Assembly (NCBI GenBank): GCA_964356335.1
Contig: CAYHHI010000003.1
Location: 162 to 64,161, forward strand
Source of the DNA: an uncultured bacterium
GTDB lineage: Bacteria > Arandabacterota > Arandabacteria > Arandabacterales > Arandabacteraceae
Reading direction: 5' to 3'
DNA length: 64,000 nucleotides
Shown: piece after piece, positions 1 to 8,915 of the stretch
How positions within the stretch are numbered: position 1 is the first letter of the stretch
Layout: every line of letters begins with the position of its first letter
The notes under the pieces: generated by a model
What the model was told of the DNA's origin: nothing
The model's database searches: none
Seen by the model: the letters and a program-made list of their open reading frames with translations, nothing else
Translations under genes and position numbers: made by a program

Positions 1-54
1 AGGAATGCAGGATGGCTGTTTCTTGAAGGACCTGGGCAAGGCGCTCATGCTATA

Positions 55-1452
55 ATGTCTATAGCTAAGGATACGGAAGCGAACGTTGCATCTTCGGTCG
101 GTGGGGACTCGGTGACGGTGATGGCAAATCTGCGGCGCCTTAAAGGGCTTCCAGCCAGGGTCGGAGCTGCTCGGCTGGTGATTGTGCTCGGCGCCATCGC
201 CGCTCTTACGGTCTTCGCCAAGCCCGCCCCCGCAGAGATCCAGGAAGTCAGCGGGAATCTTCTTGACGAGATTGAGGCTGCGCGCGTCAACATGCCTGGC
301 AGAGGCAGCGAGGGATTCGTTCCTCCAACCATGGATGAGCTCGATCTGTGGCGCTCGATAGTCGAGTCGCTGCTAAGTGAGAACGCAGATACTGTCGACA
401 GCCTTCTCGCCGTCTACTTCCCGGAATACCGGATCTTGCTGTTCACTGATACGGGCTATGATAGCTCCGAGTACTATCTCGTGAGGGAAACGTTGCCGCC
501 TGCTCTGGGTTGGGGGACGTTAATCCTCAGGATCGATCCTTGCCGGAAGATCGCAATCGAAGTAGCTCATCCCCTCTATGACATCAATACCGCTTCCGAG
601 GGAGGGGACATCTTCCGTCGCGTAGGTGCAAGGCTTTTCATCATGGCAGGCACTCACCGCTGTGCCAATAGCGCGCTCTCACCTTGTGACGGTTCCACCG
701 ACGTCTGCGGTGACGGTCACTACCATGAATCCGACATGGGTCATGTGACCGAGGCCGTGTATCAAGTGGCCCATGAAGTCTTCACGACGTGCTACCCGGA
801 TGGATACTCCTTCGGCATCCACGGGAATGTCAGGAGCAACTGCGAGGACATATTCTTGAGCAACGGGCACGCCACGGACTCACAGGAGATCCTCTTTGAA
901 CTGAGGGACCACATGATTGCCTCCAGGAATATCACGGTGGGTATCGCGGGGGATGGCACTTCTTCCTGCCCCTTATACGGAAGTACGAACGTTCAGGGTC
1001 GTTATACAAATGGCTCTCCGGATCCCTGCTTCCAAGGGGTCTCATCGACCACGGGTTTCTTCATCCACGCGGAGCAGCAGCGACGGGTTCGCGACAGCCC
1101 ATTGGTTTACTCGAAGCTGATCGATGCTATCAGGGATGCGATTCCTGCCGTTCAGGCATCTGTCACACCGGCGACCGGGCATATGGCAGGCATCGAGATT
1201 TCGGTCGCCTGCCCCAATCCTTGTGCGTCTCGTGCCAGGTTCTTGCTGAGCGCTCGGGACGCTCGGAGGGTGAAGGTGGAGATCTTCAATCCTCTAGGTA
1301 AGCGCGTTGCCCTCCTTTATGATGGCGCTTTGATTGCCGACCGGCCGATCCTGCTTGAGCTCGATGCCGCGAGGCTACCCAGCGGTGTCTACTTTGTGCG
1401 GGCGTCAGGTGGGGGAGCGGTCTCAGTCCGGACTTTGACTGTCGTCAAATGA
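55..1452 (+). CDS. Hypothetical secreted protein. It has an N-terminal TM/signal segment, a Cys/His-rich central region and a C-terminal T9SS/FlgD-Ig-like sorting domain.
   Basis: 465-aa ORF starting at an ATG. Hydrophobic segment LVIVLGAIAALTVFA near the N-terminus. The C-terminus (VKVEIFNPLGKRVALLYDG...GVYFVRASGGGAVSVRTLTVVK) has the beta-strand pattern of Por_Secre_tail/FlgD-like C-terminal domains. The central domain was not recognised. Confidence 0.45.
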   Translation: MSIAKDTEANVASSVGGDSVTVMANLRRLKGLPARVGAARLVIVLGAIAALTVFAKPAPAEIQEVSGNLLDEIEAARVNMPGRGSEGFVPPTMDELDLWRSIVESLLSENADTVDSLLAVYFPEYRILLFTDTGYDSSEYYLVRETLPPALGWGTLILRIDPCRKIAIEVAHPLYDINTASEGGDIFRRVGARLFIMAGTHRCANSALSPCDGSTDVCGDGHYHESDMGHVTEAVYQVAHEVFTTCYPDGYSFGIHGNVRSNCEDIFLSNGHATDSQEILFELRDHMIASRNITVGIAGDGTSSCPLYGSTNVQGRYTNGSPDPCFQGVSSTTGFFIHAEQQRRVRDSPLVYSKLIDAIRDAIPAVQASVTPATGHMAGIEISVACPNPCASRARFLLSARDARRVKVEIFNPLGKRVALLYDGALIADRPILLELDAARLPSGVYFVRASGGGAVSVRTLTVVK

Positions 1453-1613
1453 AGGTGCAAGAGCTGTAAGCGGTCCCTTCCCGCTGTGACTTTGGTCAGG
1501 CGCCGCCGCCGCTTCGGCTTCACCCGTTCTTGTTCATATGTCGATGCGCAAGTCGATGGGGGCTGACTGAGGAGAAATCAATTCGAATCGGCTTGGTGGG
1601 CCTACCGCGGGTT

Positions 1614-1949
1614 CTAAGCCTTGCTGAAGCAGAGACCGGCCACCTTCCGGCCATCTTCGGATCTGACGGTCCCGATGGCTGCCTTGAGCTTCATCCCAAT
1701 CTTTGGCTCCTCAACGAGCAGCCTGCCAAGCGCCTTGAAACCGTTTTCAAATTCGACTATGCCGAGGGTTATGAAACGATCGGTGTAGGCGAGGGAAAGC
1801 ATGTGGACCCGCGTGAATGTGAGGAGTCTCGCCGTGCCCTCGAGTGGGACCGCATCGAACTCTCTCTTCCCGCATGACGGACAGCGTGCATGGCGGGGAT
1901 AGGTCTTACGACTGCATGCCTTGCAGACAAATCCTTCGAACTGGGTCAT
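1614..1949 (-). CDS. Zn-ribbon OB-fold protein (DUF35 family), thiolase partner
   Basis: 111 aa with CxxC...CxxC zinc ribbon (CKACSRK...CPSCGK) followed by an OB-fold-like region. It lies immediately downstream of a thiolase on the same strand, which is the canonical DUF35/thiolase pairing. Confidence 0.75.
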   Translation of the reverse strand: MTQFEGFVCKACSRKTYPRHARCPSCGKREFDAVPLEGTARLLTFTRVHMLSLAYTDRFITLGIVEFENGFKALGRLLVEEPKIGMKLKAAIGTVRSEDGRKVAGLCFSKA

Positions 1950-1955
1950 GGCTCG

Positions 1956-3140
1956 TCACTTTTCCCTGGTAAGAACGAACGCTACCACGTTGTTTCCAAA
2001 GCCTCCGAAATTGCAGGAGAAGCCTACTCTCGCACCCTTCACCTGTCTCTCGCCGGCTTCGCCCCGAAGCTGCCAGCTCAGTTCGGCGAGTTGAGCGACA
2101 CCGGTGGCGCCAACCGGATGGCCTTTTGCCTTGAGGCCACCTGACGGGTTTATGGGGATCTTGCCCGTGAGGGACGTCTCTCCCTTTTCGAGGGCGATGT
2201 GCCCCGTGCCTTTCTTGAAGAAACCCACCTCTTCGCTTTCGGCAATCTCAAGAATGGTGAAAGCATCATGAAGTTCAGCAACGTTGACGTCCGACACCTT
2301 GAGCCCAGCCATCTTGAAAGCCTTCGCGGAAGCCATTCGCACAGCCTTCAGTTCGGTTGGATCCTCCCGCTCATGAACGGCGTGCGTGTCAGTGGCCTGG
2401 CCGATGCCGGCAATCTTGACAAGGGGCTTCGAGGCCTTCCTGGCTACTTCCTCCGAGCAGAGCACAAGTGCCGCGGCCCCATCGCTCACGGGGCAACAGT
2501 CGAACATTCTGAGGGGCTCGGCAACCGGCGGATTGTTGACCACAGCCTCGGGCCTCAAGAGGATGCCCTCCATCGTGACGGCCTGGCGTATGTGCGCGTA
2601 AGGATTCTTGAGAGCATTGGAATGGTTCTTTATGGCTACCATTGCAAGATGCTTGTGCTCGACGCCGTACTTTTCCATGTAGAGTCTGGCGAACATGCCT
2701 GCAAGGGAGGGCAGAGTCACACCGTATATGTACTCGACCTGGGGTTGGGAGAGGGTCGCCACGAAGTCAGTGGATTCCCAACCTGTGACATCCCGCATCT
2801 TCTCACCGCCCACAACCAGTGCAATGTCCACCAGGCCTGACGCAACGGCGCAGGCGGCGACCTTTGCGGCGGAACCGCCGGAGGCCGGCCCGTTCTCGAC
2901 GACCTCTGCTGTAGCCGGGTAGAGGCTCAGCCTATCCACAACGGCGGAGGCCAGGCCCGTCATGTGATTAAGGATACCGGCTCCCATGTTGGCAACGAAA
3001 ACGCTTTGGATTCGAGCCGGGTCGATCCCAGAATCGTCGATGGCTGCCAGCGAGGCCTCCTCGATGATATCGAGAAGGTCGCCTTCACTCCTGCCAAAGC
3101 GGGTCATCCCGCATCCTGCTATATAGACATCTCGTAACAT
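1956..3140 (-). CDS. Thiolase-like protein (SCP-x / nonspecific lipid-transfer type acetyl-CoA C-acyltransferase)
   Basis: 394 aa. N-terminal Cys-containing thiolase motif (YIAGCGMTRFG) and C-terminal GHPVGATG plus CNFGGFG motifs typical of thiolase-fold enzymes. Confidence 0.85.
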   Translation of the reverse strand: MLRDVYIAGCGMTRFGRSEGDLLDIIEEASLAAIDDSGIDPARIQSVFVANMGAGILNHMTGLASAVVDRLSLYPATAEVVENGPASGGSAAKVAACAVASGLVDIALVVGGEKMRDVTGWESTDFVATLSQPQVEYIYGVTLPSLAGMFARLYMEKYGVEHKHLAMVAIKNHSNALKNPYAHIRQAVTMEGILLRPEAVVNNPPVAEPLRMFDCCPVSDGAAALVLCSEEVARKASKPLVKIAGIGQATDTHAVHEREDPTELKAVRMASAKAFKMAGLKVSDVNVAELHDAFTILEIAESEEVGFFKKGTGHIALEKGETSLTGKIPINPSGGLKAKGHPVGATGVAQLAELSWQLRGEAGERQVKGARVGFSCNFGGFGNNVVAFVLTREK

Positions 3141-3162
3141 TGGTGCCCCGTCGTGCTTTCTT

Positions 3163-3840
3163 CTATTTTGGCTTGCCTGAGACCTGGGTTATCAAGGCCT
3201 CTGCTCCGACCAGCTTTATCTCTCTCGCCGCTGCCACGAGCTCGTCAGCAACCGGGCGCTCGCCCACCACCAGCCTTGGCTTTGCCGCGAAGTAGAGATC
3301 CCGCGTGAGCGCCCATGACATCACGCCGCCGAGTTCGTGATGAACCTGGGGACGCTCTACGAGAGGGTATTCGATCATCCAGCGCCTGAAGCCGATAGGA
3401 CTCTCGGCGACTATATAGACCTCCTCCTGCCCAAGATACTCGATGTGGTATTCCATCTTGGCAGCAAAGAGGTGCGCCCCTACGCGAAGGCCACGTTTCA
3501 TCGCAATGGTGTGGTAACTTACGCCGATCTTCTTACTGAGCGTGCGGCCGTTCACCAACCCGACAAGGATACCGTCGATCAGCCCGACAAGGCAGTATTC
3601 GTCCCTCACGCGGTAGCGCATCCATCCCAAGAGCTCGGCATAGGTCCTCGACGCCACTATGTCGTAGAAGTCGCGCTCAACGGTCGTGAGCGGTCTCACG
3701 GCCTCGAGAAGAATGGGCACTTCTTCCCGCTCAGCCTGCCTCACTACCATTTTCTCTCCGCTTGCAAGGTATATTGACTTGGCGGGGTAGGGTGGTAGGT
3801 CCCTTTCCGGGGGTCTCAAGACTTCTTCGAGTTGTTTCAT
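3163..3840 (-). CDS. Hypothetical protein (possibly GNAT-like fold)
   Basis: 225-aa ORF in a gene-dense region. No strong motif recognised. Confidence 0.3.
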   Translation of the reverse strand: MKQLEEVLRPPERDLPPYPAKSIYLASGEKMVVRQAEREEVPILLEAVRPLTTVERDFYDIVASRTYAELLGWMRYRVRDEYCLVGLIDGILVGLVNGRTLSKKIGVSYHTIAMKRGLRVGAHLFAAKMEYHIEYLGQEEVYIVAESPIGFRRWMIEYPLVERPQVHHELGGVMSWALTRDLYFAAKPRLVVGERPVADELVAAAREIKLVGAEALITQVSGKPK

Positions 3841-3955
3841 ATTTGCCTCTCCGAAAAACCTTGAATCTCAAGGAATTTCAATCTACCCTATTCGAGACGG
3901 ATTTGCAAGAGTATTGAATCGGTCGCGTCACGTGGTTTTCCCGGTTTTCGGTGGT

Positions 3956-4801
3956 ATGACCGTGCTTCCAAAATTCGCTTATCTTAGATCGGCGACCTGT
4001 GACGAAGCGGTGCGGGCCTTGGCGGATTATGCCGGTGAGGCTCAAATTCTCGCTGGCGGCACCGACCTGCTTGTCAATATGAAGGATGGCGTCACAAGGC
4101 CCAAGTACCTTATTGACATCAAGCACATCTCCGAAATGCGAAGGATCGAAGCCGGCGGCGACGGTGGCTTGAGAATCGGGGCCTGCGTCACAGTCAATGA
4201 GGTGCTTGAATTCAAGAACCTTCCTCCCGGCATGCATGCGCTTCACGAGGCGGCATCGTGGCTCGGGACAAACCAGGTAAGGAATCGGGCAACAGTCGGC
4301 GGCAATCTCTGCAACGCTTCGCCGGCCTGCGACCTTGGGCCGTCTCTTCTTGTCCTCGATGCGCGGCTGCGGGTGTTATCAGCCAAAGGCGAGAGGACCG
4401 TACTCCTCACGGATTTCTTCACGTGCCCAAAGGAAACGTGTCTTCTCCGGCATGAGCTCGTCACCGAAATCCTGATTCCTTCATCTCCGGGGACCCTCTC
4501 GGGCTTTGCCAAGCGCACGAGGATAAGAGGGCATGACCTATCGGTCGTGAACGCGGCGGCTGCGATCCGCGACGGCAAGCACTTGAGGATCGCGCTTGGA
4601 GCCGTGGCGCCAACACCCTTGCTGATTGACAAGTTTGATAACGTCAGGCTGGAGGAGACGGAGAAGATTCTTAAGATTGTTCTCGCTTCGATCGCTCCCA
4701 TAGATGACGTGAGAGCATCCGGCCTTTACCGAAAACATATGGTCGAAGTCCTTGTAAGGGACGTCATTCATAAACTGAGCGATAAGGCTGGGCTGGGATG
4801 A
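3956..4801 (+). CDS. FAD-binding medium subunit of a xanthine dehydrogenase/CO dehydrogenase family molybdoenzyme (CoxM/CutM-like)
   Basis: AGGTDLL FAD-binding motif and GGNL motif, CO-dehydrogenase flavoprotein C-terminal domain. Start placed at the internal ATG (MTVLPKF). Its stop overlaps the start of the downstream small-subunit gene. Confidence 0.8.
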   Translation: MTVLPKFAYLRSATCDEAVRALADYAGEAQILAGGTDLLVNMKDGVTRPKYLIDIKHISEMRRIEAGGDGGLRIGACVTVNEVLEFKNLPPGMHALHEAASWLGTNQVRNRATVGGNLCNASPACDLGPSLLVLDARLRVLSAKGERTVLLTDFFTCPKETCLLRHELVTEILIPSSPGTLSGFAKRTRIRGHDLSVVNAAAAIRDGKHLRIALGAVAPTPLLIDKFDNVRLEETEKILKIVLASIAPIDDVRASGLYRKHMVEVLVRDVIHKLSDKAGLG

Positions 4802-5442
4802 TGAGTCCTGCACGAGTCATAAGCTTCACAGTAAACGGAGAGAAGACCTCGCTCCATGTCGAGGATAATTGGACCCTCTTGAGACTCCTGCGCGAGGAGC
4901 TAGCCCTTACGGGAACGAAGGAGGGCTGCGGCAAGGGTGAATGTGGGGCCTGCACCGTGATCGTTGATGGGAAACCCGTCAACTCCTGCCTTGTGCTTGC
5001 CGTTGAGGTCGATGGCTCCGAGATCTTGACCATAGAGGGTGAAGGAAAAATGGTGGGCAATGTGGGGGGTAGGGGAGTGGATAAGATGAGGGGCAAGGGA
5101 GCCGATGGGGACGATTACAGGACTAGGGCCACGGGCAAGGGTACAAGCAGGGGTACAAGCAAGGGAGATGGCGGGAACGAGGGCACCGGCCTCAGCCCGT
5201 TGCAGCAAGCCTTCATAGACCACGGCGGTTTCCAGTGTGGTTTCTGCACGGCGGGAATGATAATGTCGGCGAGAGCTCTGCTTATGCAGAATCCCGACCC
5301 TACAGAAGACGAAGTCAAAGAGGCGATCTCGGGTAACCTCTGCCGGTGCACGGGGTATAAACCGATCATCGAGGCCATTCTTGACGCCGCATACCGCGAG
5401 CGTGATGAGGGAGAGCGGGTTCGAGACGTGAGCGGTGTCTAA
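4798..5442 (+). CDS. [2Fe-2S]-binding small subunit (CoxS/CutS-like) carrying a ~45-aa Gly/Lys/Arg-rich insertion
   Basis: Plant-type ferredoxin motif CGxGxCGACTV and second cluster motif CGFC...CRCTGY. A low-complexity insert (MVGNVGGRGVDKMRGKGADGDDYRTRATGKGTSRGTSKGDGGNEGTG) separates the two domains. Confidence 0.85.
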   Translation: MMSPARVISFTVNGEKTSLHVEDNWTLLRLLREELALTGTKEGCGKGECGACTVIVDGKPVNSCLVLAVEVDGSEILTIEGEGKMVGNVGGRGVDKMRGKGADGDDYRTRATGKGTSRGTSKGDGGNEGTGLSPLQQAFIDHGGFQCGFCTAGMIMSARALLMQNPDPTEDEVKEAISGNLCRCTGYKPIIEAILDAAYRERDEGERVRDVSGV

Positions 5443-5506
5443 AGAGATCGTATGAGAAATCGTATGTGCCCCTTCTTTGTGGGGAGCATGGAGAACGAGT
5501 TGAAAT

Positions 5507-7921
5507 ATGAGGGATGATCTCATCGGCAAGTCTGTTCCACGCATAGATGGCCCCGAGAAGGTGACTGGGAGCGCCACCTTCACAGCAGACATGAAACTGC
5601 CGGGCATGCTCTATGCCAGGATGCTGCTGAGTCCCCACGCCCACGCCAGGATTCTCAGCATTGATACTGATAAGGCGAGACAACTCCCGGGCGTGAAGGC
5701 CGTCCTCACAGGCAAAGACCTTCCGTATCGTGTTGGGCTCTACATGGTTGACAAGCCGATCCTGGCCGACGGCAAAGCGCGCTACTGCGGAGAACCTGTC
5801 GCCGCCGTGGCAGCGACAAGCGAGGAGATCGCTCTTGAGGCAGTGAGTCTCATCAAGGTTGATTATGAAGTTCTTGAGCCGGTGCTCGATGCGAGAGAGG
5901 CTCTCAAACCCGGTGCACCGCTTGTTCACGAGTTCCTGCACACGTATGAATGCGTTAAGGGCGTTTTCTGCCCGATTGAACATACCAATGTCGCGAATCA
6001 TTTCCGGCTGAGAAAGGGCGACGTCGAGGAAGGCTTCCGGAAGAGTCATAAAGTAATAGAGAACACCTTCTACGCTCCACAGGTTCAGCATGCCCCACTT
6101 GAAACGCATGCGACGATTGCGCACTGGAAGCCCACCGGCGAGATCGAGATATGGACCTCGGCGCAGTCACCATTTGCCGTCAGGCATCTGCTGAGCGTGG
6201 CGCTCGATATCTCACATGCTCGGATAAGAGTGATCGTGCCCCATGTAGGTGGGGCGTTTGGAGGAAAAGCAGGCATCCATCTTGAGCCGCTGGTGGTGAT
6301 GCTCTCCAAGTCCGCTGGGTCGAGGCCGGTTAAGCTGGTTGCGACAAGGGAAGAGGAATTCATCACCCTTCCTTGCAGGCAGGGGCTTCACGGGAGGGTC
6401 AAGACCGGTGTGACGGCCGAGGGCCGCATCATCGCCGAAGAGATCGAGTGTGTATGGGATGCGGGCGCTTACGCCGACTATGGCGTCAATATCGGTCGGG
6501 CATCCGGCTACTCGGCGGCCGGGCCCTACGACATCGAAAACGTCAAGGTGGATTCGCTCACGGTCTACACCACCAAGCCCTTTGGCACGGCCTACAGGGG
6601 CTTCGGGCATGTCGAACTCTTCTGGGCTATCGAGTCCCAGATGGACATGGTCGCAAGAGAGCTTGGCATGGATCCCGTTGAGTTCAGGATGAAGAATCTG
6701 CTTAGGGTTGGCTCCACGACGATCACGGGGGAGAAGGTGACCGAGTACTCGGGCAGTGTCCGCAAGTGCCTCGAGGAAGTGGCAAAGGCGATTGGGTGGG
6801 GAGACAGATCGGGGACCGATGGGAATCGGGGAAAGGATAAGGGGGAGGGGCCGACGCGACAGGCCGCAACAGGTGGGGGCAGGGGTGTGGGGAAGTTGCG
6901 AGGAAAGGGTATAGGTGTTCTCCACAAAGCGCCGGCTATGCCGCCCAACACGGCATCGAGCGCCATAATAAGATTCAATGAGGATGCTACTGCCAACGTA
7001 ATGGTGAGTGGCGTGGACTATGGTCAGGGCACTGCAACGTCGCTGAGCCAGATGGCGGCGCACGCTCTTCGCCTTCCGTTTGAGAAGATTCATTTTGTGT
7101 GGGGAAAGGACACGGCCTATTCGCCATACGACTGGCAGACCGTGGCAAGCCGTCTCACCGTGATGGGCGGGCTCTGCATATTGAGAGCTGCGGAAGATGC
7201 GATCAGCCAGATGAGGGCTGTTGCCTCGCAGGCCTTTGGCGTCCCCGCGGACAACCTTGACCTTGAAGACGGACGCATCTTTGTCAAAGGCGACGAGGCA
7301 AAGAGCTTGAGGTATGAGGATGTCATCCTGGGTTACAAATTTCCAAACGGCAACTCGATAGGAGGTCCGATAATCGGCCGGGGGAGCTATGTTGCCGAGG
7401 GCCTCACCAATCTCGATCTCGAGACCGGACAGGGTCTGCCCGCCCTGAACTGGACCTATGGTGCGCACGCTGTTGAGATCGAAGTCGATCCTGAGACGGG
7501 CGATATCGAGATCGTGAAGATGGTTTCCGCATTCGACGTCGGGCGCGTGATTAATGATGCGCTTTGCAGAGCCCAGGTTGTGGGCGGTGGAGTCCAGGGG
7601 ATAGGCACCGCACTCATCGAGCAGTACGTGTACGATCCCGACGGACGTCTTCTCAACAGGTCTTTTACCGACTACAAAATCCTGACCGCAAAGGACATAC
7701 CTCGTGAGATGGTTCAGATCTTTGTCGAGACCCCGCACGACAAAGGGCCATTCGGTGCGCGAGGGGTTGCCGAGCATCCCATGATTTCAGTGCCCTCGGC
7801 GATAGGCAACGCCCTGTTCGATGCCACTGGCGTCAGGATACATGATCTGCCCCTGAGCCCCGAGCGGGTGTTCATGGCTTTGAAGGCAAACCTCCGGAAG
7901 ACGCATGATACTCAACGCTGA
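5507..7921 (+). CDS. Molybdopterin-binding large subunit of the xanthine dehydrogenase/aldehyde oxidoreductase family (CoxL-like position, with a non-CODH active-site loop)
   Basis: 804 aa with aldehyde oxidase/xanthine dehydrogenase a/b hammerhead and MoCo-binding domains. Active-site region AYRGFGHVE lacks the form-I CODH AYxCSFR signature. Contains a G/K/R-rich insert (GTDGNRGKDKGEGPTRQAATGGGRGVGKLRGKGIG). Confidence 0.85.
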   Translation: MRDDLIGKSVPRIDGPEKVTGSATFTADMKLPGMLYARMLLSPHAHARILSIDTDKARQLPGVKAVLTGKDLPYRVGLYMVDKPILADGKARYCGEPVAAVAATSEEIALEAVSLIKVDYEVLEPVLDAREALKPGAPLVHEFLHTYECVKGVFCPIEHTNVANHFRLRKGDVEEGFRKSHKVIENTFYAPQVQHAPLETHATIAHWKPTGEIEIWTSAQSPFAVRHLLSVALDISHARIRVIVPHVGGAFGGKAGIHLEPLVVMLSKSAGSRPVKLVATREEEFITLPCRQGLHGRVKTGVTAEGRIIAEEIECVWDAGAYADYGVNIGRASGYSAAGPYDIENVKVDSLTVYTTKPFGTAYRGFGHVELFWAIESQMDMVARELGMDPVEFRMKNLLRVGSTTITGEKVTEYSGSVRKCLEEVAKAIGWGDRSGTDGNRGKDKGEGPTRQAATGGGRGVGKLRGKGIGVLHKAPAMPPNTASSAIIRFNEDATANVMVSGVDYGQGTATSLSQMAAHALRLPFEKIHFVWGKDTAYSPYDWQTVASRLTVMGGLCILRAAEDAISQMRAVASQAFGVPADNLDLEDGRIFVKGDEAKSLRYEDVILGYKFPNGNSIGGPIIGRGSYVAEGLTNLDLETGQGLPALNWTYGAHAVEIEVDPETGDIEIVKMVSAFDVGRVINDALCRAQVVGGGVQGIGTALIEQYVYDPDGRLLNRSFTDYKILTAKDIPREMVQIFVETPHDKGPFGARGVAEHPMISVPSAIGNALFDATGVRIHDLPLSPERVFMALKANLRKTHDTQR

Positions 7922-8915
7922 TAGCGTAAGCTGGTCAATCCTTGCGGCCCTCCCGTCAGAACCTAGACGCGGGAGAGTGCATTCCGTATATAGACGCACT
8001 GTCAATATTCTGTGCGGTGATTCCCTCTGGGTAAGCCTGCATCCGCGGGGCGTTCCACATAACGCCTATTCGATAAGTGTGGATTGTGTTGCCTTGGGTG
8101 GCTCTCTTGCGCGACGGCGTGACCGCTTCCTCGATGCCTATGCCGGCGAGATCGCACAAGTCAGCCGGTCGTGGATAGACATCGGGGATAGGAATCTGCG
8201 GGTATCTCTCCACAACGCTCGCATCTGGGACGGCAGCCTCGAGCCTCTTCGGCACTTTTCGAGATGGAACGCCGGCGTGGCCGCGAATCTTCTCGGCGCT
8301 CTCGCGGGGCAAGCCGGGAAGGAAAGTCCGATCAAGTCCCCTTTTCTTGCAGGCGTGCTTGCGAGAAGGGATGGCCGATCGGACTCTACCCCAACGGCCG
8401 CTGCCGGGGCCGTGAATTCGATCCTGCTGATACGGGTCGCACGCATTCTAGATGATCTTGCACTTGCGTGGCGGACGCAGGATGCTGACCTGCTTGCATC
8501 AGTTGTCGGAAACACCATTGGGCTGGGCTTGGGTGTCACGCCATCTGGAGACGATTTTCTCACCGGTCTTCTCGCCGCATCATATATCTTCTCAGATCGC
8601 GATTCCTCACCCCGCAATTCGCCGGACGACCGTGAATTCACATGCACCCTTTCGGCTGTCATTGGACCTCTGACTCACTCGACAACAGCTCCGTCGTACT
8701 TCATGCTCAAGGCAGCTCTCGAGGGTTTGTATCCCGAGCCGCTGGGGGGCATCCTCTCTTCCCTTGGAAGGGGCGATGCGGCTCGTGCGCGCGACTGGGT
8801 CGGTAAGATGCTGGGTCTCGGAGCGACCTCGGGGCAGGACATGCTGGCCGGTGTCCTCTTCTGGTTCGAAGCCTCCGGAATATGCGAGAGATGTCATGAA
8901 GAAAGTGTACATTGA
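7905..8915 (+). CDS. DUF2877-like protein (AllH/YlbF-like candidate)
   Basis: 336-aa ORF overlapping the end of the Mo-subunit gene and preceding FdrA and DUF1116. The gene order mirrors the fdrA-ylbE-ylbF oxamate carbamoyltransferase cluster. The assignment rests on position plus weak similarity. Confidence 0.45.
   Translation: MILNADSVSWSILAALPSEPRRGRVHSVYRRTVNILCGDSLWVSLHPRGVPHNAYSISVDCVALGGSLARRRDRFLDAYAGEIAQVSRSWIDIGDRNLRVSLHNARIWDGSLEPLRHFSRWNAGVAANLLGALAGQAGKESPIKSPFLAGVLARRDGRSDSTPTAAAGAVNSILLIRVARILDDLALAWRTQDADLLASVVGNTIGLGLGVTPSGDDFLTGLLAASYIFSDRDSSPRNSPDDREFTCTLSAVIGPLTHSTTAPSYFMLKAALEGLYPEPLGGILSSLGRGDAARARDWVGKMLGLGATSGQDMLAGVLFWFEASGICERCHEESVH

Noticed and set aside
6212-7777. 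521-aa minus-strand ORF antisense to the Mo-subunit gene, and similar long antisense ORFs at 5366..6124, 9520..10326, 10910..11533 and 46174..47367
   Set aside because: These are typical high-GC antisense shadow ORFs. They have no recognisable domains, while the plus-strand genes have strong family signatures.
8764-8895. Upstream 44-codon extension of the FdrA ORF
   Set aside because: The FdrA family N-terminus (MKKVYIEK…DSVSLM) begins at the internal ATG. The extension overlaps the DUF2877 gene end.
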